A stretch of 64,000 nucleotides of DNA from Calditrichaceae bacterium. GTDB taxonomy: Bacteria; Calditrichota; Calditrichia; Calditrichales; JBFXGD01. The notes under the pieces are model-generated. The model was given only the letters and a program-made list of their open reading frames with translations, was not told the DNA's origin and searched no databases. The stretch lies in contig JBFXLE010000009.1 of assembly GCA_050173015.1 (NCBI GenBank), positions 64,001 to 128,000 of the forward strand. Reading direction: 5' to 3'. Positions 31,621 through 42,761 of the stretch are shown piece after piece; within the stretch, counting starts at the first letter, position 1; each line of letters opens with the position of its first letter. The translations under genes were made by a program, and so were the position numbers.

Positions 31621-33438
31621 TTAATTAGTGTATTTTTCTAAATTAGTGAGCAGATTTTTTGCTTCATTATTATTCGGGCTCATGGTCAGTACTTTTCGAA
31701 GCACATTTGCTGCTTTGCCATAATAACCCTGAGCCTGAAAAACTTTTGCCAGAATTAAATTATTGTTCGTATCATTGGGATTGGTCTTAAGCTTCCCGTC
31801 GAGTTCCCTCATAAATTTGTCAAAGACATTAATGTATTGATGTTCCGGTCCGAGTGTCGGCTGGGACACAAAAATCGCCGGCTCTATTTCAAACACTTTT
31901 TTATACTGCTCGATGGCAAGATCAAGCCGTTTTGTTTTTTCATAAACTTCCGCAAGCTTCATGTATGCTCTTATCAGATATGGATTTATCAGAAGGGTAG
32001 CCTTAAAATATCTTTCGGCAAGTTCATAATTACCCATTTCGAAATAAGTAAGAGCAAGATTGAAAGTCGCTTCCATAAAATTGGATTGAGCTTGTGATGC
32101 TTTGGTGAACGCGTCAACCATATCTTCATAGACTTTTCGTTTTTTTACCGGATCAATACCGGTATTTTTAGAAAATTTGTTGTTGGTCACCTCTTGACCG
32201 CCAGTGTTGCTCTCCGCCAAAATATCTAAAAACGCGTCAATCAACTCTTCAAGAACGGCCTGTTTGTATATCGTCACGCCAAGCATAAAATTGGCGATCG
32301 GTTCATTGGGCTGCAGAGAAAGAACAAAATTAAACTCGGTCAGCGCGTTATAATAGATCTGTGAGCGATAATAGGTCTCACCAAGTATCAAATGATACTG
32401 AACATTATTATTATCTAATTCCGTTGCTTTTTTGTAGTATTCTATTGATTTCCGGTAGAGGTTCTGGTCATAATAAATATTTCCCATTTCAAAGTAAATA
32501 GGGGCATAGTCCGGATTCAGGCTTTGGGCCTTGTCAAGATAGGTTTGAGCATCCTTAAAATTCTTATCCAGAACACTTATTTTGCCAAGGTAATAATAAG
32601 GTTTAAAGTCGTTTGGGTTAAATTCAGTTACTTTTTTAAAATCATCAATCGCCAGGTTATATTTTTTTTGTTTTTCATAAATTAAACCACGTCCGTAGTA
32701 AGGTTTATCAAAATTTGGCAGGGCAGTGATGACCGAATTGAACTGCTCGATGGCCTCATCATACTTTTTACTGTTAAAATATACAATTCCCAAGTTGTAA
32801 TATGCTTCCCAGAATTTAGGATCCTCACGGATGGCTTTTCGGAAAAGACCTGTTATAACCTCCATCCGCCCATTTGGATTCTCATTTTCCATATAGGCCC
32901 GCACAAAACTCTCAAAGGCGCCAATAGATGTGGTTATTGAGCGGTTTATCAAATTGGTTTCCATGGGGGATATTCCGATTCCGGCAATCGTAACGACACG
33001 GTCAATAATTTTTCTCGAAGTTGAAAACAGGTTGGAAATATTTTCATTATAACTGTCGGTAATGATCAGCGAACCGTTAAAAGTATTATAATAGGATACC
33101 TGCAGGTTCAGAGTCTGGCCGTTCATGGTATATGATCCGGTGATTGCCACCTCTGCGCCAGATGCTTTCCCAAAGTGATAACTCATTCTTCCGTCAAGAG
33201 CGCGTGTTCCATATCCGGCTTCCTTGAGAGCATCTCTCATCAGAGATTTTTCGGGAACATAAAATCCTGATATCACGGATAATTTATTCATCAACAGATA
33301 ATCAAGGCCGCTCGAAACCCATTCATGTCTTGAATCACCGGTCTTATTCTCGAAAGGAATCAGACCAATCTTGCGTTTATCCTGAGCATATACAACAGAG
33401 AATGCAATCAGAAGAAGAATAATAGTTTTAAATTTCAT
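31621..33438 (-). CDS. Secreted tetratricopeptide-repeat protein with TolB_N/FlgO-like N-terminal domain
   Basis: Signal peptide, IPFENKTG...W.SSG motif, many TPRs (AYYNLG, PYYGRG, ATFNLA). Confidence 0.85.
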   Translation of the reverse strand: MKFKTIILLLIAFSVVYAQDKRKIGLIPFENKTGDSRHEWVSSGLDYLLMNKLSVISGFYVPEKSLMRDALKEAGYGTRALDGRMSYHFGKASGAEVAITGSYTMNGQTLNLQVSYYNTFNGSLIITDSYNENISNLFSTSRKIIDRVVTIAGIGISPMETNLINRSITTSIGAFESFVRAYMENENPNGRMEVITGLFRKAIREDPKFWEAYYNLGIVYFNSKKYDEAIEQFNSVITALPNFDKPYYGRGLIYEKQKKYNLAIDDFKKVTEFNPNDFKPYYYLGKISVLDKNFKDAQTYLDKAQSLNPDYAPIYFEMGNIYYDQNLYRKSIEYYKKATELDNNNVQYHLILGETYYRSQIYYNALTEFNFVLSLQPNEPIANFMLGVTIYKQAVLEELIDAFLDILAESNTGGQEVTNNKFSKNTGIDPVKKRKVYEDMVDAFTKASQAQSNFMEATFNLALTYFEMGNYELAERYFKATLLINPYLIRAYMKLAEVYEKTKRLDLAIEQYKKVFEIEPAIFVSQPTLGPEHQYINVFDKFMRELDGKLKTNPNDTNNNLILAKVFQAQGYYGKAANVLRKVLTMSPNNNEAKNLLTNLEKYTN

Positions 33439-33848
33439 TACCCAATACCATCGTTAAAAACGTGTTTGAACCGCAGCCTTTTGCTTTCATTTCGTTTATT
33501 AAGGTTCGGCTTAAATTTGGAAGTCTTAATATAAATCGGATAACATTTGCTTCCCATTAAGATTTTTTTCTCTGTTTAGGCATAATTTATATAATATATG
33601 ACAGTTGCATAAATATAGTCAAACCCTTATATCAAAAAAGCTGAATTTATTCTGAGAAAATCTTCTATCCGGATGTTTTAATTCAAATAAGTATTGAGAC
33701 ATCCGGGATTATTTATAAAAAGTGAAAAGAGTCCGCCCTAAAAACAAATTTGATATTACGGGACAGACTCAATTTTACATCAAATTACCAACCTCTCACC
33801 ATTAACTTTTACAACAGATGAGATATGATAGCAATAATTTTATTAAAG

Positions 33849-35204
33849 TTATGTTAACAGATCGATCAAATCTATTTTAGTCAATATATCTTTCACTTTT
33901 TTATTTTCAATCACCAGAACCGCATCGGCTGATTTTAGTTTTTTCAGCACATCGTTGATGGGATCAGTCCCGGTCGCTGTTTGCACATGGGTTTCTATCA
34001 GATCAGAAATTGGACGGTTTTTGTCATGTTCGTTTTCGATCAAAAAGTTCAAAAGGTTGTTTTCAGTGATTAATCCCAAAAGCTGATCGTTATCGATAAC
34101 AGGCATCTGCGATATACTATTGTTTTTCATTATCTTGATGACTTCGGATATGACCGAAGCGCTGTGCGTGGAAAGCAATGATTTCTTTGGTTTTTTCTTT
34201 AAAAAATCATCTACCGTGCCGGAGAGAATGATCTCAAGCATTCCGTTATCCTGCATCCATTCGTCGTTGTAAATTTTTGAAAGATATCGAAATCCCGTAT
34301 CAGGAAGAATGGTCACGATATTTTTTCCAGGACCCGCTTTTTTAGCGATCTGTAACGCTCCCCAAACCGCTGAACCGGATGATCCACCGGCGAAAATACC
34401 TTCTTTTCTGGCCAGATCGCGTACTGTCATAAATGAATCTTTATCGTTCACCTGAATGATATCGTCAAGAAGGTTAAAGTCCAATGCGTCCACAAGCATA
34501 TCTTCGCCGACGCCTTCAACCTTATAAACATGAGGTTCTATGAGTTTTCCTGATTTAAAATAATCGTAAAACACCGATCCCACCGGGTCAACGGCAATGA
34601 CTTTAATGTCAGGATTCTTCTCTTTCAGGTATCGGGCCACTCCGCTCAGTGTGCCGCCTGTACCTATACCGGCCACAACGTAATCAATCTTTCCGTCCAT
34701 CTGATCCCAGATTTCCGGCCCGGTTGAACTATAATGCGCCTCCGGATTTTCGGGATTATGATATTGATTGACATAAAAAGAATTCTCGGTGGACTGATGG
34801 ATTCTTTTTGCGGTTTCATAGTAGCTCTGAGGAGAATCCGCCGGGACATTTGTCGGAGTAACCACGACTTTCGCGCCAAAAGCTTTTAGAAAATTGATTT
34901 TTTCACTGCTCATTTTATCCGGGATTGTAAATATTGCCTTATACCCTCTAACCGCGGCTACAATGGCCAGCCCGGCCCCGGTGTTACCGGATGTGTTCTC
35001 GACAATCGTGCCGCCTTTTTTGAGCGCTCCGGTTTTCTCCGCCTTGTTGATGATATGCAGGGCAATACGGTCTTTGATGCTCCCCCCGGGATTCAGAAAT
35101 TCAAGTTTCGCGTAAACATTTGCTTCGGAAGCGCCGGCTATTTTGTTTAGCCTGACTATTGGTGTCTCACCTATAACATCGAGAATATTATTATATACCT
35201 TCAT
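33849..35204 (-). CDS. Cystathionine beta-synthase (PLP enzyme with C-terminal CBS domains)
   Basis: NPGGSIKDR, TSGNTG, GIGTGGT, YKVEGVG, C-terminal SQMPVID CBS pair. Confidence 0.9.
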   Translation of the reverse strand: MKVYNNILDVIGETPIVRLNKIAGASEANVYAKLEFLNPGGSIKDRIALHIINKAEKTGALKKGGTIVENTSGNTGAGLAIVAAVRGYKAIFTIPDKMSSEKINFLKAFGAKVVVTPTNVPADSPQSYYETAKRIHQSTENSFYVNQYHNPENPEAHYSSTGPEIWDQMDGKIDYVVAGIGTGGTLSGVARYLKEKNPDIKVIAVDPVGSVFYDYFKSGKLIEPHVYKVEGVGEDMLVDALDFNLLDDIIQVNDKDSFMTVRDLARKEGIFAGGSSGSAVWGALQIAKKAGPGKNIVTILPDTGFRYLSKIYNDEWMQDNGMLEIILSGTVDDFLKKKPKKSLLSTHSASVISEVIKIMKNNSISQMPVIDNDQLLGLITENNLLNFLIENEHDKNRPISDLIETHVQTATGTDPINDVLKKLKSADAVLVIENKKVKDILTKIDLIDLLT

Positions 35205-35618
35205 CAAAATTCCTCTGAAATAATTTATATAATGCGGATCATTCTGTTTTGAACAACCACAATAATGTGGAAAATAATCCGTATTAGGCTCTAATTAATT
35301 TAGATATTAAGTTAAATTTTCTGCTAAAATAAAGGAATCATATGATTTTTGCACAAAAAAGTTTCCCGAAAGTGATATTTTTTTATAAACCTGATGGTAT
35401 GAATGGATGTTTTTTGATATCTCATGAGGATATCAGCGGGAAATTGACCATTCAGTATATCGGGGAAAATCATGAAAAATATTTTGCGTCATATCCTTCG
35501 ACAGGCGTATCTTGTCAAACCAAAATCAATTCAAATTAACCGGATGACATCAATTTATTATTCTTACGATTTAAAATAATTATTTATATTTAATCTTTCT
35601 GTCAGGAAAGGAAAAAAG

Positions 35619-37088
35619 ATGATTTATACGCGCATAATATTAATGATTATCATAGGTGTTAACGGATTATTCGCCGCTTCGAAGGTAAGTTTTAATGATT
35701 TTTTCGTTGACCGTACCATGAGGATCGATTATTTCCACATCGGAAACGCGGTGGACGATATCATTACAGTTGACCGCATATACATGGGAGGAGTCTGGGC
35801 CGGGAATCCGGATAAACTGGTAGAAACAGTTAATACGGGAAGATATGTTGTCAAAGTATATGATGAAAAATCAGGGGCTCTTATTTATTCAAAAGGCTAC
35901 GACAGTTATTTTGGAGAATATAAAACGACCGCTCCGGCGATAAACGGGATTCAGCGTGTTTACCATGAATCAGCCCTGATCCCTTATCCCAAAAACAAAA
36001 TTTTGTTTACGATCGAGGCACGGGATCGACAAAATAATATGAATGTGATTTTTAAAAACGTCGTGGAGCCGGATAACGTCGGGATCATTAGAGAAAACGC
36101 GGACAGCCGTATAGAGGTGTATGAAATGGTGAAGAATGGAAATCCGCATAAAAAAGTTGATCTTGCTATCATTGCGGAAGGCTACACTGAAAGTGAAAGA
36201 GATAAACTTCAAAAAGATCTCACGCATTTCACCGAAGTATTTTTCAATAATGAGCCTTATAAATCCTATAAAGATCATTTTAACGTATATGGAGTATTCA
36301 GACCCTCCGCGGAATCGGGATGTGATCAGCCGACGCATAATGTTTACCGGAATACAAGTCTGAACGCAACGTTTAACTCTCTGGAATCACCTCGTTATTT
36401 GCTCACAGAAGACAATAAAAGTTTACATGATATCGCCTCTGCCGTACCTTATGACGCGTTATTGATTATGGTAAATCATGAGCGCTATGGGGGAGGTGGA
36501 ATTTATAATTTCTACCTGACTTTTACTACGGACAATGAATGGCGTGACTATGTGTTTTTACATGAATTTGGTCATTCCTTCGCCGGTCTCGCGGATGAAT
36601 ATTACTCATCTTCGACGGCATACAATGATTTTTATCCGAAGGGAATAGAACCGGTCGAACCCAATATTACGGCGCTGCTGGATCCTGCTAAACTTAAATG
36701 GGGCCATTTGGTCGAAAAAAATATGCCGGTTCCCACACCCTGGGACAAAGATGCCTATGATGGAGCCGAGATGGACTATCAGAAAAGCCGTAGGGACATC
36801 AATGAAAAAATTGCTGAAATGAACCGTCGTGGAGCACCGGAGGAGGAGATAAAAAAAATGCAGGAAACGGCGATCCTTTTATCAAAAGAAAACTCAAAAA
36901 AACTGGATTCATTGTTGTATAACAGCAGATACAGCGGTAAAGTTGGCGCGTTTGAAGGCGCCGGATATTCATCAAAAGGACTGTACCGGCCGGCTCTTGA
37001 TTGTACGATGTTCAGCAAGGGGAAAAAGGGATTTTGCCCCGTATGCCGGGAAGCGATAATCAGAACAATTGAGTATTACACTGAGTAA
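35619..37088 (+). CDS. Secreted peptidase M64 family metalloprotease
   Basis: Signal peptide, TMRIDYFH N-terminal domain, HEFGHSFAGLADEY, C-terminal CTM...FCPVC. Confidence 0.9.
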   Translation: MIYTRIILMIIIGVNGLFAASKVSFNDFFVDRTMRIDYFHIGNAVDDIITVDRIYMGGVWAGNPDKLVETVNTGRYVVKVYDEKSGALIYSKGYDSYFGEYKTTAPAINGIQRVYHESALIPYPKNKILFTIEARDRQNNMNVIFKNVVEPDNVGIIRENADSRIEVYEMVKNGNPHKKVDLAIIAEGYTESERDKLQKDLTHFTEVFFNNEPYKSYKDHFNVYGVFRPSAESGCDQPTHNVYRNTSLNATFNSLESPRYLLTEDNKSLHDIASAVPYDALLIMVNHERYGGGGIYNFYLTFTTDNEWRDYVFLHEFGHSFAGLADEYYSSSTAYNDFYPKGIEPVEPNITALLDPAKLKWGHLVEKNMPVPTPWDKDAYDGAEMDYQKSRRDINEKIAEMNRRGAPEEEIKKMQETAILLSKENSKKLDSLLYNSRYSGKVGAFEGAGYSSKGLYRPALDCTMFSKGKKGFCPVCREAIIRTIEYYTE

Positions 37089-37179
37089 AAGTCCTTTTGG
37101 CATAAAAATTTCAATAAGGTTATCTGAGCCAGCAGGTTAGATAGAGATTAGACGATCAACCAGAGGAGAAGGAACTAGA

Positions 37180-38406
37180 GTGAATCCGGAATATGATGTC
37201 ATTATTGTCGGTGGCGGTCCCGCCGGGGCGACTGCCGCGTTATACGCGAAAAGAGCCGGATTAAAAAGCTTGTTATTGGATAAAGACAAATTTCCCAGAG
37301 ATAAGATCTGCGGCGACGCTGTTTCGGGAAAATCAATGAATATTCTGAAAGATCTCGGTTTGCTCGAAAAAGCATGCGCTCTGCCCGGCGCGGAAATCAG
37401 ATCAATTACATTTGGCAGTCCCGCCGGCACAACGATCAATATCGGCCTGATGAGTGAAAAGCGGAAGGGGATGCCCGGCGGAATGGTCATCCGAAGGGAA
37501 GTGTTTGATCAGTTTTTACTTGCTGAAGCATCAAGAGCCGCGGATCGGGTGATCCAGGGATTTAAGGTTATAGATGTTGTTAAAGAGAACGGATTTGTAC
37601 GCGGTGTTCGCGGAATTAATTCTGAAACGGCCAAAGAAGAAGTTTACCGCGGTAAAATAGTCATTGGAGCGGATGGTTTTAATTCGGTTGTGTCACGAAA
37701 AACAGGTCTTTACCGGCACGAACCCGGCCACCTGATTATTGCCCTGAGACAGTATTATAAAAATGTTTCAGAGTTATCGGATCAGATAGAAATTCATTAT
37801 TTAAAAGATGTACAGCCGGGGTATTTTTGGGTTTTCCCGCTTGATAACGGCACGGCAAACGTTGGAATAGGAATGCTTCATGAAACGATTACAAAACGTA
37901 ATATTGATCTCAAACTTTTGCTCAGGAAAGCCATTACAAGTGATAAATTCAAAGATCGTTTCGCGGAGGCGGAGCCGTTGGAGAGCCCAAAAGGCTGGAA
38001 TCTTCCGATCGCCAGTAAACACAGAAAAATTCACGGCAATGGATTTCTGCTGATTGGAGACGCCGCGGGATTGATAGACCCGTTTACCGGAGAAGGTATC
38101 GGAAACGCCCTATACTCCGCAAAAATAGCTGTCCGCTCCGCGGAGAAAGCAATTTCTTTTGATGATTATAGTGAAAAAATGCTTGCAGAATATGATCATC
38201 AGCTTTGGAAAACAATGGGAAATGAATTTAAAACCAGTACCCGGTTACAAAAAATCGGACGTTTTCACTTCCTTTTAAATTTTGTTATAAACAGAGCAGC
38301 GCGCAGCGCTGAGGTCAGTGAGATTATCAGTGGAATGATGGCAAATCAAATACCAAAAACGAAACTGGCAAATCCGTTTTTTTATTTAAAAATTTTGTTT
38401 AGCTAA
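37180..38406 (+). CDS. Geranylgeranyl reductase family FAD-dependent oxidoreductase
   Basis: [38 protein letters not shown]. Confidence 0.9.
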   Translation: MNPEYDVIIVGGGPAGATAALYAKRAGLKSLLLDKDKFPRDKICGDAVSGKSMNILKDLGLLEKACALPGAEIRSITFGSPAGTTINIGLMSEKRKGMPGGMVIRREVFDQFLLAEASRAADRVIQGFKVIDVVKENGFVRGVRGINSETAKEEVYRGKIVIGADGFNSVVSRKTGLYRHEPGHLIIALRQYYKNVSELSDQIEIHYLKDVQPGYFWVFPLDNGTANVGIGMLHETITKRNIDLKLLLRKAITSDKFKDRFAEAEPLESPKGWNLPIASKHRKIHGNGFLLIGDAAGLIDPFTGEGIGNALYSAKIAVRSAEKAISFDDYSEKMLAEYDHQLWKTMGNEFKTSTRLQKIGRFHFLLNFVINRAARSAEVSEIISGMMANQIPKTKLANPFFYLKILFS

Positions 38407-38420
38407 ATTTTATATCATTT

Positions 38421-38870
38421 ATGATAAGGATATCTAAAATGGAAGAATCTCATTACAGAAAACTCGAAAAAATGTATGCTTCGGCTCCGATCAACCATTT
38501 CTATCACCCTGAAATGGTGGTTAGTAATGGAATAAGTGAGATTACAATAACAAACCGTCCGGATTTCTTTCATGCCGCCCACGCGGTCCACGGCTCCGTA
38601 TATTTTAAGATGCTGGATGACGCCGCTTTCTTTGCGGTCAATTCGCTTGTGCCCGATGTATTTGTGCTGACGGTATCATTTAATATCTATCTGATCAGAC
38701 CTGTAACAGAAGGACAATTAATCTCCAGGGGCCGCGTTGTGAACGAATCTAAGCGTCTTTATATTGCCGAGTCAGAATTATATGATTCTGAGGGAAGAAT
38801 CATCGCCCGCGGCAGCGGAACCTTTATGAAGAGTAAAATACCATTGTCCGCGGAAGTTGGTTACAGATAA
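38421..38870 (+). CDS. PaaI-family thioesterase (hotdog fold)
   Basis: HAAHAVHGSVYFKMLDDA, ARGSGTF. Confidence 0.88.
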   Translation: MIRISKMEESHYRKLEKMYASAPINHFYHPEMVVSNGISEITITNRPDFFHAAHAVHGSVYFKMLDDAAFFAVNSLVPDVFVLTVSFNIYLIRPVTEGQLISRGRVVNESKRLYIAESELYDSEGRIIARGSGTFMKSKIPLSAEVGYR

Positions 38871-39067
38871 TTTTCATCTTTTAATTGTTTTAAGAGCTGA
38901 GGCAAAATTGACTATCAGTGTTTTTGATTTTTCTGACAAACTTGTTAAATTCAATAAAGAAGACCAATGGATTTGCACCGGTTCTGAAGAATGTGTTTCA
39001 GGTATATTATATCCGATAATTTTAAGATTAAAACAGCAAAATAAATTTTCGAGAATGAGGAGAAATC

Positions 39068-39916
39068 ATGATCAAACGTATATTAGTACCCCTTGATCCG
39101 TCGCCTTACACCGATAAAGTGATAGAACTCGCCTGTAAACTGGCCAAAAACAATAAAGCTGAATTAACCGGACTGGTAATTCTTGATATACCCGGTATTG
39201 AAAAATCAATTGGACCGGTACCGGCGGGAGCGCTTTATTATGCTGAAAAACTGGAAAAGAAAAAAGAAACGCAGGCCTCAGAAAGAATAAAGGCGCTTCT
39301 TGAAAAATTCGTAGAATCCTGCAAAGCCTCCGGCGTCACTTGTCATACCGCTCATTCCCAGGGAAGCCCGAGCGAAAGAATTATCGCGGAATCAATATAC
39401 TATGACGCCATCATGGTGGGGCTGCGTACTTTTTACCACTTCCAGGCGGATGACAGGCCCGGGGATTCGCTCACCGAGATCATGAACCATTCAATTACTC
39501 CGGTTTATGGAGTCCCTGAAACATTTTCGGTGCCCGATATCCCTGCCGAAAAACTGAAAGTTCTACTGGCGTTTGACGGAAGTCTGCCGGCGGCAAGGGC
39601 CATGCAACGGCTGGCCCAGTTAGCCAACGCCGATTTAATGGAAGTGATGATTTTGACATCAAACGCGAACAAAGAGACGGCGGATTACTACCTGGATAAT
39701 GCCGAAGCTTATCTCAGGGCGCATAACTTCAAAAATATTCAAAAGACCCGGATTACCGGGAATATTATAGACGCGGTTGAAAAGAAATATCTGGATTGGG
39801 CGCACGTCGTGGTAGTCGGAGCTCACTCAAAGCAGGGTATCTTTGATTTTATGCTTGGGAGTTTGACCAAATTTCTGATCAAGGCAGATAAAAAACCCGT
39901 AATCATCGGGCAGTAG
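39068..39916 (+). CDS. Tandem-domain universal stress protein
   Basis: RILVPLD.S, VLLAFDGS..A.RA, VVVGAHS...MLGS.T. Confidence 0.9.
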   Translation: MIKRILVPLDPSPYTDKVIELACKLAKNNKAELTGLVILDIPGIEKSIGPVPAGALYYAEKLEKKKETQASERIKALLEKFVESCKASGVTCHTAHSQGSPSERIIAESIYYDAIMVGLRTFYHFQADDRPGDSLTEIMNHSITPVYGVPETFSVPDIPAEKLKVLLAFDGSLPAARAMQRLAQLANADLMEVMILTSNANKETADYYLDNAEAYLRAHNFKNIQKTRITGNIIDAVEKKYLDWAHVVVVGAHSKQGIFDFMLGSLTKFLIKADKKPVIIGQ

Positions 39917-40021
39917 ATTTGTAAGAATGAAAGCGACTAATCGTATAAAATTTATTTTTTCGGCACTAAGCGATAAATGAAAAATTTAATTTATTGTAAT
40001 CCCGGAGTTTATAAAAGGAAC

Positions 40022-41698
40022 ATGTTTATGAAAAATATTTTATCCTTAATGATGATAACGGTAACCGGATTAACAATTTTCTCGTGCGGCGGGAAACAAG
40101 GTGATGAGGTACCTATGCTTCAGCAGAAAATTAACCAGTTCGCGTCAACCGAACTAAAATATGATGAATCTCTTCTCGACGACCGCCAAAAAATGGTCGT
40201 TGAAAAACTATTCATGGCGGCAAAAATCATGGATGAAATATACCTGGATCAAGTATATTCAAAAAATAATGATCTAAAAGCAACCCTTATGGAGGCTACA
40301 GACGAAAACAGCCGGCTCATCCTTGATTATTTTGACATCATGTTTGGTCCCTTTGACCGGCTGGACCATGATAAGCCATTTTACGGAAATGCCTCCAAAC
40401 CCGCGGGCGCGAATTTTTATCCGGAAGATATGACCAAGGAAGAATTTCAGGAATGGTTAAAAAATCATCCCGAAGATGAGCCGGCCTTTACATCGGAATT
40501 CACCGTCATCCGTCGGGATGGGGACAAACTTGTTGCCATTCCCTATTCAGAATATTATAAAGAGCCTTTGAGCAGAGCGGCAAAATATCTTCGCCAGGCC
40601 GCGGAATATGCCGATAACGCTTCCCTTAAAAAATATCTGATCACCCGGGCGGATGGATTTGAATCAAATGATTATTTCGAGAGTGACATGGCCTGGATGG
40701 ATTTAAAAGATCATTCTATCGAGTTCATCATTGGTCCCTATGAAGTTTACGAAGACGAATTATTTAACTATAAAGCATCCTTTGAGAGCTTTCTGACCTT
40801 GAAAGATCCTGCTGAAAGCGCGAAACTGGCTGTTTTTGGCAGTTATCTGAATGATATCGAAAAGAATTTGCCAATCCCCGATGAATATAAAAATTTTAGC
40901 AGAGGCAGTGAGTCACCCATTATGGTGGTCCAGGAAGTTTTTTCAGCAGGCGATACAAAGGCGGGAGTCCAGACTCTGGCATTCAATCTGCCCAATGATG
41001 AGAGAGTGCGTGAAGCCAAAGGGTCAAAAAAAGTGATGCTGAAGAATATGCATGAAGCAAAATATAATAAATTACTGTTACCGATCGCCGAGCTGATTAT
41101 CGCTCCGGATCAGCTTCAGTATGTCAGTTTTGATGGTTTTTTCAATCATACTTTGATGCATGAGATGTCCCACGGAGTCGGACCGGGCAAAATCACTATT
41201 AATGGAAAACAGACTGAGGTCAAAAAAGAACTCAAGGAAACCTATTCCAAGCTGGAAGAATGTAAAGCTGATCTCCTTGGTATGTATAACAATATGTTTA
41301 TGATCAGTAAGGGCGTTTATCCCGAATCATTTGAAAAGGAAACATGGGTCACATTCCTCGCCGGTACATTTCGCTCAGTACGGTTTGGTATCAATGAAGC
41401 GCACGGCGCCGGCAACGCGATTATTTATAATTTCCTTCTGGAAAAAGGCGCGTATGCATATGATGAGGCAAGCCAGAAAGTCAGCGTCAATTTTGACCGG
41501 ATATATGATGTGGTCACCGAGCTTTCTTCTCTTATATTGACAATCCAGGCGGAAGGTGATTATGAAGGGGCAAAAAAACTGATCGAAACATACGCGGTTG
41601 AGACACCTTCAATGAAAACGCTCAGAGAAAAATTGACCGTGCTTCCGGTTGATATTAAACCGGTCTTCCAGATAGAGAAAACCCTGGCGTCGCGATAG
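40022..41698 (+). CDS. Peptidase M49 (dipeptidyl-peptidase III-like) lipoprotein with HEXXH motif
   Basis: Lipobox TIFSC, AFNLPNDE, HEMSH and EECKAD zinc-binding motifs. Start 40022 follows AAGGA (track start 39977). Confidence 0.88.
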   Translation: MFMKNILSLMMITVTGLTIFSCGGKQGDEVPMLQQKINQFASTELKYDESLLDDRQKMVVEKLFMAAKIMDEIYLDQVYSKNNDLKATLMEATDENSRLILDYFDIMFGPFDRLDHDKPFYGNASKPAGANFYPEDMTKEEFQEWLKNHPEDEPAFTSEFTVIRRDGDKLVAIPYSEYYKEPLSRAAKYLRQAAEYADNASLKKYLITRADGFESNDYFESDMAWMDLKDHSIEFIIGPYEVYEDELFNYKASFESFLTLKDPAESAKLAVFGSYLNDIEKNLPIPDEYKNFSRGSESPIMVVQEVFSAGDTKAGVQTLAFNLPNDERVREAKGSKKVMLKNMHEAKYNKLLLPIAELIIAPDQLQYVSFDGFFNHTLMHEMSHGVGPGKITINGKQTEVKKELKETYSKLEECKADLLGMYNNMFMISKGVYPESFEKETWVTFLAGTFRSVRFGINEAHGAGNAIIYNFLLEKGAYAYDEASQKVSVNFDRIYDVVTELSSLILTIQAEGDYEGAKKLIETYAVETPSMKTLREKLTVLPVDIKPVFQIEKTLASR

Positions 41699-41750
41699 CG
41701 GGTTACTTATCTGTTATACGCCGGTATCGACATAAGTATTGTATATAAGT

Positions 41751-42042
41751 TATAAACCGGAGGTTTGTCTTTTTGAAGACTCAGGGGTGGAAAGTATTCT
41801 GCCACAAGCATAGCAAATATTTTAAAAAAATCAGCTCAAAAAGCAGGAATAACAAAAACGATAACGCCGCCTACGCGGCGTTCTTGTTTTGCGACGCGGT
41901 TGCTTGCGCAGGGTAGGGATTTAAGGTATATTCAGGAGTAGTTAGGTCAAAATAGTCCCGGGAAGACTGAACTGCACCCGTTTCGAATAAGTCTATTGAT
42001 TGAATAAGGAATTCTGTTGATGATATTTTTGAAAAGGATTAG
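41751..42042 (+). pseudogene. Tyrosine recombinase C-terminal remnant, copy 1
   Basis: YKPEVCLFE / GGKYSATSIANILKKSAQKAGITKTITPPTRRSCFATRLLAQGRDLRYIQE*LGQNS...: box II (HxLRHSFATHLL...IQELLGH) with stops and frameshifts. Confidence 0.88.
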
Positions 42043-42059
42043 TTAATTGTAAAAAAAAT

Positions 42060-42131
42060 ATATAAACAATGGTTCATACACCGCCAATTTGGGGGGATAA
42101 GAACAATGGGATATATACGAACGTTATGGGC
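42060..42131 (+). repeat. attI-like site, copy 1
   Basis: Conserved ~65-bp block shared with 46508-46580 and 55378-55451; similarity ends at the GTT core (42123) where cassette 1 begins. Confidence 0.7.
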
Positions 42132-42254
42132 AAGGCAATGAAAGAAAACGCAATGGGAGTAATATTGTCAGGAAATAGAAAGTTGGAGACTAAAAATAGC
42201 TAATATAGATGAATGTTTTGAGAAAATAAAAATAGATTCTAAAGAGAAAATATT

Positions 42255-42761
42255 ATGAGTATATACACAGATAAAACATATGTTGCTTTTGATGCTGATA
42301 ATGATATCCACTACTACAGATTGATGCAAGCTTGGAAAAAAAATGATAATTCTTCATTTAACTTTTATGATGCTCACGATTTGAATAATTTGATGTCTTG
42401 GTCTTCAGAAGAAACAATAAAAGCGAGACTTGCTGAAAGAATGAAAAACTCAAAAGTCTTTATTTTACTTGTAGGAAATAACACAAAATTTCTATACAAA
42501 TTTGTTCGATGGGAAATTGATCAAGCTTTAAAAAGAGAAAAACCTATTATAGTTGTTAACTTAAATAAAAAGAGAAGCAGGGATACCGAACGATGTCCTG
42601 CTATTTTAAATAGTGAATTAGCGGTTCATATAAGTTTTAATCAAAAGATAATTGAATACGCAATAAATAATTGGCCTAGCTCTGAGGAGTATTACCGTAA
42701 GAACAATGAAAAAGGAGATTATTATTACAAAGATTCTGTTTATAAAGAATTAGGAATATGA
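42255..42761 (+). CDS. thsB: Thoeris ThsB TIR-domain protein (cassette 1)
   Basis: KTYVAFDADNDIHYYRLMQAWK...FNFYDAHDLN and FVRWEI with the catalytic Glu: MTH538-like TIR typical of type II Thoeris. Confidence 0.85.
   Translation: MSIYTDKTYVAFDADNDIHYYRLMQAWKKNDNSSFNFYDAHDLNNLMSWSSEETIKARLAERMKNSKVFILLVGNNTKFLYKFVRWEIDQALKREKPIIVVNLNKKRSRDTERCPAILNSELAVHISFNQKIIEYAINNWPSSEEYYRKNNEKGDYYYKDSVYKELGI

Noticed and set aside
35342-35539. 65-aa ORF between cystathionine beta-synthase and the M64 peptidase
   Set aside because: No motif; lies in a divergent promoter region.
38857-39096. 79-aa ORF bridging the PaaI and USP genes
   Set aside because: Overlaps both neighbours and has no recognisable features.
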